Shown here piece by piece: positions 1-8,198 of a stretch of DNA of 37,361 bases. Both the position numbers and the translations under genes were made by a program. The stretch is taken from the IMG/VR virus record IMGVR_UViG_3300017774_007187, positions 1-37,361 of that record. The stretch is one strand, 5' to 3'. How positions within the stretch are numbered: the first letter of the stretch is position 1; each line of letters begins with the position of its first letter. Source of the DNA: a virus (Duplodnaviria; Caudoviricetes). A model generated the notes under the pieces. That model did not search any database. It was not told the origin of the DNA and saw only the letters and a list, made by a program, of their open reading frames with translations.

Positions 1-1
1 A

Positions 2-790
2 GAAAGTAAAAAAAAAAGAATAAATATTGGTAAAAAAAAAATAGATGAAAATATAACAGCAAATATTAATCAAGGAATAGCAAATATTTTTTCAAATGTT
101 TTAAAAAAACCTGTAAATGCTAATCAAATAAATCAAATCCCAACTGCAAATAAACAAAACACACAAAATGCAAATAATGTACAAACACAAACTGTAACTA
201 GTGAAGATTTTGGTGCATCTGCATTGGGTATTGCATTGCTACTTCCAACTGTTTTAAGTAGTGCTGGACAACTTATTAATTTTTTGAAAATGAAATTTGG
301 TTTAAATAAAGAAAAGAAAGCAGAATTAAATACATTAAATAAACAGATTCAAAGAAAAAAACTTTACATTAAAAAATTAGATGCAAAAAATTCACCAAAA
401 GAATTTCAAGAGTTAAAAAAATTAGAAGCCTTGTATCATCAAAAAAACGAGGAATATGGTACTTTGATTGGTAATTCTCTTCAAGAACTTGGACATAGCT
501 TACACGAAACGTATGTTGCACCAATAAATTATGGTTTAACTAAAATTTCTGATACTGCTGCTTATTTTAAAATGAAACAACCTGAATGGCTTTCTAATCC
601 ACGAAAAAGACAACATATTGCAAATATTTTGTATGCTATATTTTGTTTGGTTTTTACTGGTATTCAAGGATGGCAACATTTAAAACATTTACCTGGTCTT
701 ACTGAGGCAATTTTTACTATAATTAAAGAAGGAATTGAAGTTGGTAAAAGTATAAAAGATATGTTTACAAGTGCTGCTGCTGTAGTTTAA
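2..790 (+). CDS. Hypothetical protein, 5'-truncated by the window edge (possible virion/internal protein with hydrophobic segments)
   Basis: The frame of track ORF 224..790 is open back to position 2 (ESKKKRINIG...VTSEDFGASALGIALLLP), so the true start lies outside the window. It is followed by a terminator hairpin. Confidence 0.7.
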   Translation, partial: ESKKKRINIGKKKIDENITANINQGIANIFSNVLKKPVNANQINQIPTANKQNTQNANNVQTQTVTSEDFGASALGIALLLPTVLSSAGQLINFLKMKFGLNKEKKAELNTLNKQIQRKKLYIKKLDAKNSPKEFQELKKLEALYHQKNEEYGTLIGNSLQELGHSLHETYVAPINYGLTKISDTAAYFKMKQPEWLSNPRKRQHIANILYAIFCLVFTGIQGWQHLKHLPGLTEAIFTIIKEGIEVGKSIKDMFTSAAAVV

Positions 791-804
791 AAGTAATCTT
801 AATT

Positions 805-840
805 AAAAAAAGAAACCCCGACTAATAATCGGGGTTTTTT
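805..840. terminator. Bidirectional intrinsic terminator
   Basis: Stem AAACCCCGA (813-821) / TCGGGGTTT (829-837), with an A-run on the left and a T-run on the right, between convergent ORFs. Confidence 0.85.
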
Positions 841-841
841 A

Positions 842-1324
842 TTATAAGACATTTATTTTAATCTTTATATCATGAGGCGCAACACTTGTACCACCAAAAT
901 ATGGTTTTAGTATTAACTTGAATGGAAAGAGTTTTTTACTTTCTTTTTGCAAGATAATAGAATCATCTCTAAAAAATAAGTAGAAATTATGCCTTGAGAT
1001 AATTATTCTTGCACCATGAAAGGTGTCATAAGATAAATTAATTTCTCTACTAATTGTTCTTATTCCATTGTCATATACATAAAGACATACTTGAAATTCT
1101 TCTTCATTTAATCTTCTCCAACATAATCTTGCAGATGATTCATGTGCGCTCCAACTATTGGATAGACCAAATAATTTATTCCAATCATAATCATCTTCAT
1201 TATTAAGAGTATAGTGAGAGGATGAATCAATCATAAATTGAAACTTAATACTTCTTCTTGTTGTAAAGAATGGAAAGTTAAACCAATTGGAATAATGCTT
1301 TCCCCTTTTAATTATATATTCCAT
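842..1324 (-). CDS. Hypothetical beta-sandwich protein, possibly polysaccharide lyase family 14-like
   Basis: 160 aa. Motifs NKLFG, SARLCWR, LYVY and PYFGG. Starts 2 nt after the purA stop. Confidence 0.55.
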   Translation of the reverse strand: MEYIIKRGKHYSNWFNFPFFTTRRSIKFQFMIDSSSHYTLNNEDDYDWNKLFGLSNSWSAHESSARLCWRRLNEEEFQVCLYVYDNGIRTISREINLSYDTFHGARIIISRHNFYLFFRDDSIILQKESKKLFPFKLILKPYFGGTSVAPHDIKIKINVL

Positions 1325-1325
1325 G

Positions 1326-2333
1326 TTAAATTTCGTATGGGCTTCCTGAATAAATAATATTTAAAAAAAATGGTATTTCATTTATTAAAGTATCCTCAAT
1401 AAATCTTTTCATATCAATGAATGAATCAAATATTATTATTTCATTTTTATAAATAACTTTAAAAATATTTAATTGCTGAATTACATCAACTTTATTAAAT
1501 ATAATATCAGTTACTCCATTAATTCTAATGGCAGGAATTAATGTATCAAGATTCAGATAATTGCATTGTCTTTTTCTTCCTGTTGTTGAACCAATCTCTT
1601 GACCAACTTCTTGGAATCTTGGTAGTTCATTATTTTCAATTGGTTGAAATTCTTTACTTCCAACATATGTTTCATATATCTTGGCAATGCCATATACTGT
1701 TCCAATCATGTTATGATTTATTCCTGATGCGATTACACCTGCAATACCACAATGTGATGATGTTACATATGGATAATCTCCAAAGTCAATATCTAATCCC
1801 CATCCTTGCGCTCCTTCAAATAGTAACTTAGCTTTTTCTTCATGAAAGACTTTATATGTATCAATACAAGTAAATCCATAAACTGATGATTCATATCTAA
1901 TACCATTTCTTAAATACTTATCACCATAAGCATAAGCAATACCAGATTTAGTTGAACCAATGGTTGAACCATCAGAATCAGATTTAATATGATTGGTAGT
2001 AATCATATGCGCTCTTTTATCAATTAGTATAAGATTGGAAATATTTTTACCTAAGAATTTTGAAAGTTCATGTACTTCTTTTTCAAGTTTAAATAAATCA
2101 ATAACTGAACAAGGACCAATGATAGATGGTATATCAAAGAATATACCTACAGGAACTTGATGAGTCACAAATTTACGACCTTCATGGTAAATGGTATGAC
2201 CTGCATTTGGTCCACCATTAAATCTTACCACATAATTGTAATAATTTTTATTTTCTTTACAAATGGAATAGGCGCACTTTGCTTTTGCCTCATCCCCATG
2301 TTGTAAACCAATGATTACATCTACTTTGTTCAT
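1326..2333 (-). CDS. purA: Adenylosuccinate synthetase (short form)
   Basis: GLQHGDEAKAK P-loop with catalytic Asp, RFNGGPNAGHT, EGAQGWGLDIDFGDYPYVTSS, GSTTGRKR and NKVD GTP motif. Confidence 0.95.
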   Translation of the reverse strand: MNKVDVIIGLQHGDEAKAKCAYSICKENKNYYNYVVRFNGGPNAGHTIYHEGRKFVTHQVPVGIFFDIPSIIGPCSVIDLFKLEKEVHELSKFLGKNISNLILIDKRAHMITTNHIKSDSDGSTIGSTKSGIAYAYGDKYLRNGIRYESSVYGFTCIDTYKVFHEEKAKLLFEGAQGWGLDIDFGDYPYVTSSHCGIAGVIASGINHNMIGTVYGIAKIYETYVGSKEFQPIENNELPRFQEVGQEIGSTTGRKRQCNYLNLDTLIPAIRINGVTDIIFNKVDVIQQLNIFKVIYKNEIIIFDSFIDMKRFIEDTLINEIPFFLNIIYSGSPYEI

Positions 2334-2337
2334 AGTT

Positions 2338-2345
2338 CAAATATA
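2338..2345 (-). promoter_or_regulatory. Bacteroidota-type -7 promoter element (TATATTTG) upstream of purA
   Basis: Exact TAnnTTTG match 4 nt upstream of the ATG, just downstream of the parB terminator. Confidence 0.5.
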
Positions 2346-2356
2346 ATTTTTTTTAA

Positions 2357-2381
2357 TAAAAAAGGGAGGTTTCCCTCCCTT
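2357..2381 (-). terminator. Intrinsic terminator of the ParB-like gene
   Basis: Minus strand reads AAGGGAGG-GAAA-CCTCCCTT followed by a T-run. Confidence 0.85.
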
Positions 2382-2386
2382 AATAT

Positions 2387-3382
2387 TTATTTTTCGTCTA
2401 AAAAATAATCACAGAGATTATCCATACTCATTAAACCATCTTGGTAATCCATAATCGCTTTAAGTATTTGAATTTTCTCAAGATTTGGATTAAGTACATT
2501 TTTAAGTTTTTCATCTGTAAGATAATCATAGATTTTCATTAATGATGATACTTTTGTTTTAGGTTCACCTTTAGGTGTTTTAATACCCATAAATGCCTTT
2601 ACCTCATCAAGAGAAAGATTATCATCAGGATTTGGAAGTTCTGATGCTGTGATTGTGGGTATGTTTTCATCATCGACAACATTTTTTGCTTTGATGTTAT
2701 TGGTGATATTAGTTTGCACATTTTTAATTTCGTCATCATCGCTTGTTGCAACTAATTCTTTAATATCTCTTGAGTATATTTTATTACCTCCTTTGTTGTC
2801 AATGGCTTGATTAATGATTTTCTCAAGGGTTTTTATACTTGACACTTGTTCCATCAATTTAACAGTTTCGCTAAATGAAATAAGTTCATCATCAATCTTA
2901 ACTTGCAATGAAACAGGAATCTTTTCAAACTTTTTAAGGATTGAAATATTTGCTTGTGTGATTTGCATCATATCAGCAATCTTTTTATTATCGTAACCAA
3001 AACTATAAAGTTTGGCAATTGCTCTTGCTTTTTCAGATGTTTTAAGTTGCTTACCTGTTACACCAAGAGTTAGAGCCTTCATTAGTAGTTCATCTTCAGT
3101 CATCTTTTCAAAAATACGAACAGGGATGTCTCTCTTTGTATTTTCTTCATTTTCAATGATAGAAAGAGTTTTAAATCTTCTATGACCTTCAAATAATTTA
3201 TAGACAGGTCTACCATCCTCTAATGTCTTACTTGATTCCATTACAAGGATTGGAGTTAGGATGTTCTGTTGCTTTATTGATTCATAAAGATTTTCAACAT
3301 CATAGTTCTCTTCTCTACGAGGATTGAATTGGTCAATCACTTCGATTTGGTCCGAAAGGACATACTTGAATTGTTCGTTCAT
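2387..3382 (-). CDS. ParB/Srx-family protein with HTH
   Basis: NPR...LYESIKQQNILTPILV...YKLFEGHRR ParB N-domain. HTH-like segment DNKKIADMMQITQANIS. Confidence 0.85.
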   Translation of the reverse strand: MNEQFKYVLSDQIEVIDQFNPRREENYDVENLYESIKQQNILTPILVMESSKTLEDGRPVYKLFEGHRRFKTLSIIENEENTKRDIPVRIFEKMTEDELLMKALTLGVTGKQLKTSEKARAIAKLYSFGYDNKKIADMMQITQANISILKKFEKIPVSLQVKIDDELISFSETVKLMEQVSSIKTLEKIINQAIDNKGGNKIYSRDIKELVATSDDDEIKNVQTNITNNIKAKNVVDDENIPTITASELPNPDDNLSLDEVKAFMGIKTPKGEPKTKVSSLMKIYDYLTDEKLKNVLNPNLEKIQILKAIMDYQDGLMSMDNLCDYFLDEK

Positions 3383-3406
3383 AAAATTATTGTTTTAAAA
3401 TTTTTA

Positions 3407-3436
3407 CAAATGTAGAAAGGGAAATCGGATTAACAA
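3407..3436 (-). promoter_or_regulatory. Bacteroidota housekeeping-sigma promoter (TTG-N19-TACATTTG)
   Basis: -7 TACATTTG at 3414-3407 and TTG at 3436-3434 with 19-nt spacing, 24 nt upstream of the parB ATG. Confidence 0.7.
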
Positions 3437-3489
3437 CAAAAATTTTTAAAAATTCAGGGATTCTATTTTTTCTTTCTGTTCGGGCAGAA

Positions 3490-4020
3490 TTAAATATTGT
3501 TAATTAAAGCCAATTCAAATTGCCTTGCCCTAACAAGGCTTTCAGCCTTAATGTAACGATTATTTTTTTTATAATAAATATATTTATGAAGTGTTTTGTT
3601 TTTAATTGCTGTTGTAGCATTTCCAATACCTAAACAAAAAACAAAATGTGCGTGTGCAAGTTTCCACTTGTAAGTGCTGTCTTTAAATTTATTATTTACT
3701 TCTGCTATTGCTTTGTTAAAATCTTCTTTTAGTATTTCTAATGCTTTAGTAGAGTCAATCTTTTTATACCTTTCTTCTTTTAATAATTTATGTCCATATC
3801 CTATAGTTTTATAACCTGCTGGACATCTATATACTTTAGGCATAAATTTTTCTCTTTGTTTTAACTCTTCAATACATAGATTGTAAGTCTTTAAACTATC
3901 ATTTTCTTCAAATGTGTAATAACATTTTGTTTTACATCTTTTTTGAAGTTTATTATTTTCAATTTTAAAAAATAATAAAATTATAAGTATTGCACATACT
4001 TTATTAAATCTATTTCTCAT
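3490..4020 (-). CDS. GH24 lysozyme/endolysin with N-terminal membrane segment
   Basis: E-KFMPKVYR-C-PAGYK-T-IGYGH gives the E-X8-C-X5-T triad. Hydrophobic VCAILIILLFF. ATG at 4020 preferred over the track's TTG at 4068. Confidence 0.85.
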   Translation of the reverse strand: MRNRFNKVCAILIILLFFKIENNKLQKRCKTKCYYTFEENDSLKTYNLCIEELKQREKFMPKVYRCPAGYKTIGYGHKLLKEERYKKIDSTKALEILKEDFNKAIAEVNNKFKDSTYKWKLAHAHFVFCLGIGNATTAIKNKTLHKYIYYKKNNRYIKAESLVRARQFELALINNI

Positions 4021-4098
4021 AAAATTTTTGTTTTTTTGTAAATGTATGGGAATTTTGGGAAACTCCAAGAATTTGGAGAAAAAAAATTAACTTTTTAT

Positions 4099-4117
4099 TT
4101 TAAATAGTCTATTTATA
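4099..4117. promoter_or_regulatory. Back-to-back putative late promoters (CTATTTAAA on -, CTATTTATA on +)
   Basis: TTTAAATAG-T-CTATTTATA between divergent lysozyme and small membrane-protein genes. Confidence 0.55.
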
Positions 4118-4146
4118 AAAAAAATACTATATTTATAAAAATTTAT

Positions 4147-4356
4147 ATGAAAATGAAAGATATTAAAAAATTTGGACTTGTTGTAGTGTTTGCAGTAGCA
4201 ATTTGCTCACTAGTATACTACTTTGCAAGCCTTCCAAAACAACAATCATCAACTAATGTTGATTCTACAACTGTACAATGCGATTCGGCTTGTCTTATTG
4301 ATTCAACTAGTAAGGCTTGTTGTAATTCCGCTAAAGTTGATAGTGTATCTAAATAA
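4147..4356 (+). CDS. Small membrane-anchored/exported Cys- and D-S-rich protein
   Basis: 69 aa. Basic N-terminus, one hydrophobic helix, tail VDSTTVQCDSACLIDSTSKACCNSAKVDSV. Has its own promoter motif and terminator. Confidence 0.8.
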   Translation: MKMKDIKKFGLVVVFAVAICSLVYYFASLPKQQSSTNVDSTTVQCDSACLIDSTSKACCNSAKVDSVSK

Positions 4357-4380
4357 TATACTAACTTAAACAATTATTTT

Positions 4381-4406
4381 AACCTCTGAGAAATCAGGGG
4401 TTTTTT
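4381..4406 (+). terminator. Intrinsic terminator
   Basis: AACCTCTGA-GAAA-TCAGGGGTT followed by TTTT. Confidence 0.85.
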
Positions 4407-4409
4407 ATT

Positions 4410-4913
4410 TTAATTTTGGCAGATATTATCTTCTGTCACCAATAATTCAATTTTAAATTTTGAAACCATTTCATTTTTTAAGAATAATGTATAATTCTTA
4501 AAAAAGTGTTTGATTTTCATAGTATTTTGATGTTCATTCATTATATTAAATGAATAATTTCTAATTTCTTCTAAGGTTTTATAATCAAAATCAAATAAAT
4601 CAAACTCTTTAGTTAATTTAAAAAAATCATCATCTTCATTTGTTGATAATAGTATTTCACTTATAAGATTTTCTGATAGTCTAGGGTTCACATCAATTTG
4701 TTCTGAAAATTCCCATATACTATCAAATAAATCAGATATAAACTTTTTGTCTATATAATAATTATTATTTTCTAAAGTTTCTAAATATTTATTATCAACA
4801 TCATCTGTTTCAGATACCTTTGAATAAAATTCACCATATAAAAATGATTCAAATAAATGATAAGTATTTAATGTACGATGATACTTTCTTCTTATAAATA
4901 CACTTTGTTGCAT
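4410..4913 (-). CDS. Hypothetical protein
   Basis: 167-aa acidic ORF in a minus-strand run, no recognised motif. Confidence 0.7.
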   Translation of the reverse strand: MQQSVFIRRKYHRTLNTYHLFESFLYGEFYSKVSETDDVDNKYLETLENNNYYIDKKFISDLFDSIWEFSEQIDVNPRLSENLISEILLSTNEDDDFFKLTKEFDLFDFDYKTLEEIRNYSFNIMNEHQNTMKIKHFFKNYTLFLKNEMVSKFKIELLVTEDNICQN

Positions 4914-4932
4914 TTGTCTTCATTTATTATAA

Positions 4933-5439
4933 TTAGACTAATCTTGTGTGAAGAGCATTTACAGCTACCAATTTATTATCTTTTACAGATGATAAAATCA
5001 AATCCTGTACTAAACTAATGTTTTCATTTAGTTGCATAATACCGCTATATTCAATATCATAAACCATTAGCTTACCAAAATTATCTTTATCTTCATCTGA
5101 AAGATGACAAAGTGGTTCAACTTGTTGATATTGACTGTCCTCTGTTTTGGTAACATAGGATGCTGATGTGAAATCCCAAATAGTTACAAAGTCACCTTCA
5201 TTCTTTTGTTCATTATCTAATAATTTCTCATAGGATTCTACTTTCTCCATAAAGAATTTTTGCGCTGAAATTGAATGCATAATTTGACCGATTTTTGCTT
5301 TTTTCTCTTCCTGAACAAATTCCCTTAACGCTTCAAGAAATCTTTCTTTAGGAATTTGTTTTACAATTATAGCAATTAATTCCTCAGTATCAAAAAACAA
5401 AAGAAGAAAATTTTTCACAAAATTTAGTAAGTATCTCAT
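4933..5439 (-). CDS. Hypothetical protein
   Basis: 168-aa ORF closely spaced with its neighbours. Confidence 0.7.
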   Translation of the reverse strand: MRYLLNFVKNFLLLFFDTEELIAIIVKQIPKERFLEALREFVQEEKKAKIGQIMHSISAQKFFMEKVESYEKLLDNEQKNEGDFVTIWDFTSASYVTKTEDSQYQQVEPLCHLSDEDKDNFGKLMVYDIEYSGIMQLNENISLVQDLILSSVKDNKLVAVNALHTRLV

Positions 5440-5445
5440 AATCAG

Positions 5446-5751
5446 TTAGTAAAATTTAAAATTTTTAACTATTTTAATATTGTTGTCTATCTTTTGACAA
5501 TATTGGGGAAATGAAATTACATCATCATTGGACAACTCAAACCATTCACCATTAATTTTATTAAATTTGTATCTATTATGTAATGCTTTCTCAACATCAC
5601 TATAGTATTCACAAAGAATTTTATGAACAATTTTTAATTTATTATCATTTCCTGTTTGAAGTGTCTTTACTCTTCTCTCAGGATTATTGGATATACCAAT
5701 TTTATAATTATATGTATTTGAATCTGATATCAAATAAACGTACTTTTTCAT
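5446..5751 (-). CDS. GIY-YIG-like nuclease (T5orf172/MUG113 family)
   Basis: YVYLI...YKIGISNNPERRVKTLQTGN...VEKALH...GEWF. Confidence 0.88.
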   Translation of the reverse strand: MKKYVYLISDSNTYNYKIGISNNPERRVKTLQTGNDNKLKIVHKILCEYYSDVEKALHNRYKFNKINGEWFELSNDDVISFPQYCQKIDNNIKIVKNFKFY

Positions 5752-5770
5752 TTACATAAAATACGTCTAA

Positions 5771-5944
5771 TTACTGTTTATTGAATTCATCAAATCCACC
5801 TTTACCTGCATTAAATTCATCTCTCCTTGCAAGTTCTTCTTTTAATTCTTTAATAAAAGAATTAATAGCACTTCTTGACAAATTTTTTGCAATATATTTA
5901 AAATTCATTGAAACCAACTTCCTCTTCGTTTTAAAATCTTCCAT
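5771..5944 (-). CDS. Small hypothetical protein (57 aa, not in the ORF track)
   Basis: MEDFKTKRKLVSMNFKYIAKNLSRSAINSFIKELKEELARRDEFNAGKGGFDEFNKQ. Preceded by CTATTTATA and fills the gap on the co-directional strand. Confidence 0.7.
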   Translation of the reverse strand: MEDFKTKRKLVSMNFKYIAKNLSRSAINSFIKELKEELARRDEFNAGKGGFDEFNKQ

Positions 5945-5960
5945 TTATATATTAATTTTA

Positions 5961-5969
5961 TATAAATAG
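5961..5969 (-). promoter_or_regulatory. Putative late promoter CTATTTATA
   Basis: 16 nt upstream of ATG 5944. Confidence 0.55.
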
Positions 5970-5982
5970 GTAATTAAGATTA

Positions 5983-6423
5983 TTAACTATAGTTTTTAAC
6001 TAAACTTTCTTTCTTATCAAGCATTAATCTAGCACAATGTTCTTTATCTTTTGTATGTATTTTAAATTTAACTTGGTCACCATCATGAAAAATAGATTTT
6101 AATACTTCTTCGGCATTACAATTTGGATTAACTAAATTTATAGTTTTATAGGCATCATCAAAATCTACTTTAATAGTCTTTGGATTATTCTTATATTTGT
6201 TTTTAAGCATTAAAAAGATTGATGTGGCAAACTCATCCATTTTCATTAATTTCTTATCAACACGCATATTATCAAATGGATTATAAATGATAATCCATTT
6301 ATCTTCCTCAATACTTAACTTACCCCACATAGGGTTATAGGTCTGTCTACCAAAATAATTATCATTTTCTTCTGATGCTTTTGTTTTAGCAGCCTCTTTT
6401 AATAAATCTTCAAAATTTTCCAT
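5983..6423 (-). CDS. Hypothetical protein
   Basis: 146-aa ORF whose start overlaps the SNF2 stop. Confidence 0.7.
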   Translation of the reverse strand: MENFEDLLKEAAKTKASEENDNYFGRQTYNPMWGKLSIEEDKWIIIYNPFDNMRVDKKLMKMDEFATSIFLMLKNKYKNNPKTIKVDFDDAYKTINLVNPNCNAEEVLKSIFHDGDQVKFKIHTKDKEHCARLMLDKKESLVKNYS

Positions 6424-8194
6424 ATTTCTTTTTAAATGTTTTAACTAATTCCTTGATAACATCAATTTTTACATTATCATCAATATAGTCTTTATTGTCA
6501 ATTACTTTATCAATTATCTTTTTCTTTTCTTTTAGAATCCTATTCACATCCTCATCAATTGAATCACGAATGATAAGGTTATAAACCATTACATGGCTCT
6601 CCTGACCAATCCTGTGCGCCCTTGCATAGCATTGCTCATTGATTGATGGAACGTAGTTCTGAGTAATCATAAACACGTTTGACGCTCTTGTCAATGTAAG
6701 TCCTGCATTGCCTGTCTGAACGGTTAATAATAGGTTCATTACATCGCTATTGTCTTTTTGAAATTCATCAAGGTATTCTTGCCTTGTTTCTACATCTACA
6801 TCACCTGTAAAGAGTCTTGAGTTGTCAGGAGAATATTCATGAACCTTTTTTAGTGTTGCTTTGAATTCATCAAATATAATTAATTTTTGACCTTCTTCAT
6901 TGTATGATTTAATAATATCATTTAGGTAATCTGTTTTTAATGATGATGTGTATTGTCTAAGTTTTTGTAAGACAGTTAAAAAGTGCATCTTATCATTTAA
7001 ATTATCAGATACTTCAAGTTTAGATAAATCAAGAGTCTTTATACCGTTTTCAATATCAGCATATTCAGTCATTTGTTCATCGCTCATATCAATGTAAACT
7101 TCATTAACAAGCAATGATGGTAAATCTTTTAAAACGTCAGTCTTCTTAACCCTAAACATTACTCCATCCATTTTATTGAATAAAATATCTAAACTAATAT
7201 CTTTATGGGATTCATATCCAAATCTACCTCTTTGCATTCCGCAATAATTCTCATAGAAATTCTTTTTATTCTTTATTTCATATGGAGAAAGGAGATTTAG
7301 TTGTGTATAGAGTTCAGTTACCCTTGAAGGCATTGGTGTACCTGTGAGTAAGAAAATGAATGCAAAATCAATAGATTTAATTGTGTATAGCAAATTCTTT
7401 GTTTGATTTGCTTTTTCATTCTTAATATTTTGAGATTCATCAAGAATAATTGCATCAAAATTTGGAAATGCTTTTTTAAATTTCTTTTCAAATGAATTTT
7501 TAAATACCGATGGTTTATTTCTAAAGAAATTATAATTTACAATGATATATTTTGCATCTTTAATTTCACAGTCGTTCTTTTTATAACCATAGATAAAAAC
7601 TTTTTTATGTTTGGTAAATTTTCTAATTTCATTTTGATAATTGAACTTTAGACTGTTTGGTACAACTACTAATACTTTTTTAATTTGTTTTGACATTTCA
7701 CAAGCTAATATACTTGTGATTGATTTACCACAACCTTGTTCGAATCCAAGCATTGCTTTCTTTCTGAATAAAAGAAAATCAGCACCTATGCATTGATAAT
7801 TGAATGGGTTAATACCATCTTCCAAAAACTTCTTATAATGATTTACATCAACTTCTCTATCAAGTTTTTTTATCTTCTTAGATTGTTCATCTAATGATTT
7901 TTCACTATCACCTTTCTTATTTTTTTCTAATCTTTCTTCAAGAAGTTTATCTTTTAATTTGATAAAATCATTTCTGTCTTCAAATGAATTAAATTTGAAA
8001 AATATATCTTTTTCACCTTTATAAGATTTAATTAATTCAAATAAATCCAAACAATGAACTTCCCAAGAATTATCAGACTTTTCAAACTTTGCGTTCTCAA
8101 ATTGTTTAATTCTTTGGATTAATTCTAAAACATAAGGAAAAGATAGGGAAAAGTTTCTGCTCTTCCCTATCCTTTTTACTTTGATATTAGTCAT
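6410..8194 (-). CDS. SNF2-family helicase with N-terminal HARP-like domain
   Basis: EQGCGKS (motif I), VVVPNSL (Ia), LDESQ (II), LTGTP (III), GLTLTRA (V), QCYARAHRIGQ (VI). N-terminal FPY..LI..IK.F...FEK....W. ATG 8194 preferred over TTG 8233. Confidence 0.9.
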   Translation of the reverse strand: MTNIKVKRIGKSRNFSLSFPYVLELIQRIKQFENAKFEKSDNSWEVHCLDLFELIKSYKGEKDIFFKFNSFEDRNDFIKLKDKLLEERLEKNKKGDSEKSLDEQSKKIKKLDREVDVNHYKKFLEDGINPFNYQCIGADFLLFRKKAMLGFEQGCGKSITSILACEMSKQIKKVLVVVPNSLKFNYQNEIRKFTKHKKVFIYGYKKNDCEIKDAKYIIVNYNFFRNKPSVFKNSFEKKFKKAFPNFDAIILDESQNIKNEKANQTKNLLYTIKSIDFAFIFLLTGTPMPSRVTELYTQLNLLSPYEIKNKKNFYENYCGMQRGRFGYESHKDISLDILFNKMDGVMFRVKKTDVLKDLPSLLVNEVYIDMSDEQMTEYADIENGIKTLDLSKLEVSDNLNDKMHFLTVLQKLRQYTSSLKTDYLNDIIKSYNEEGQKLIIFDEFKATLKKVHEYSPDNSRLFTGDVDVETRQEYLDEFQKDNSDVMNLLLTVQTGNAGLTLTRASNVFMITQNYVPSINEQCYARAHRIGQESHVMVYNLIIRDSIDEDVNRILKEKKKIIDKVIDNKDYIDDNVKIDVIKELVKTFKKKYGKF

Positions 8195-8198
8195 CTTA

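Noticed and set aside
1326-2333. PurZ / 2-aminoadenine (Z-genome) pathway
   Set aside because: The catalytic Asp (GDE), TTGRKR and NKxD are PurA-type. PurZ has Ser at that position, and no datZ or mazZ-like genes are nearby.
5446-5751. GIY-YIG ORF as the homing endonuclease of the split intein
   Set aside because: It lies about 26 kb from the intein fragments and is a minimal T5orf172-type domain with no link to that locus.
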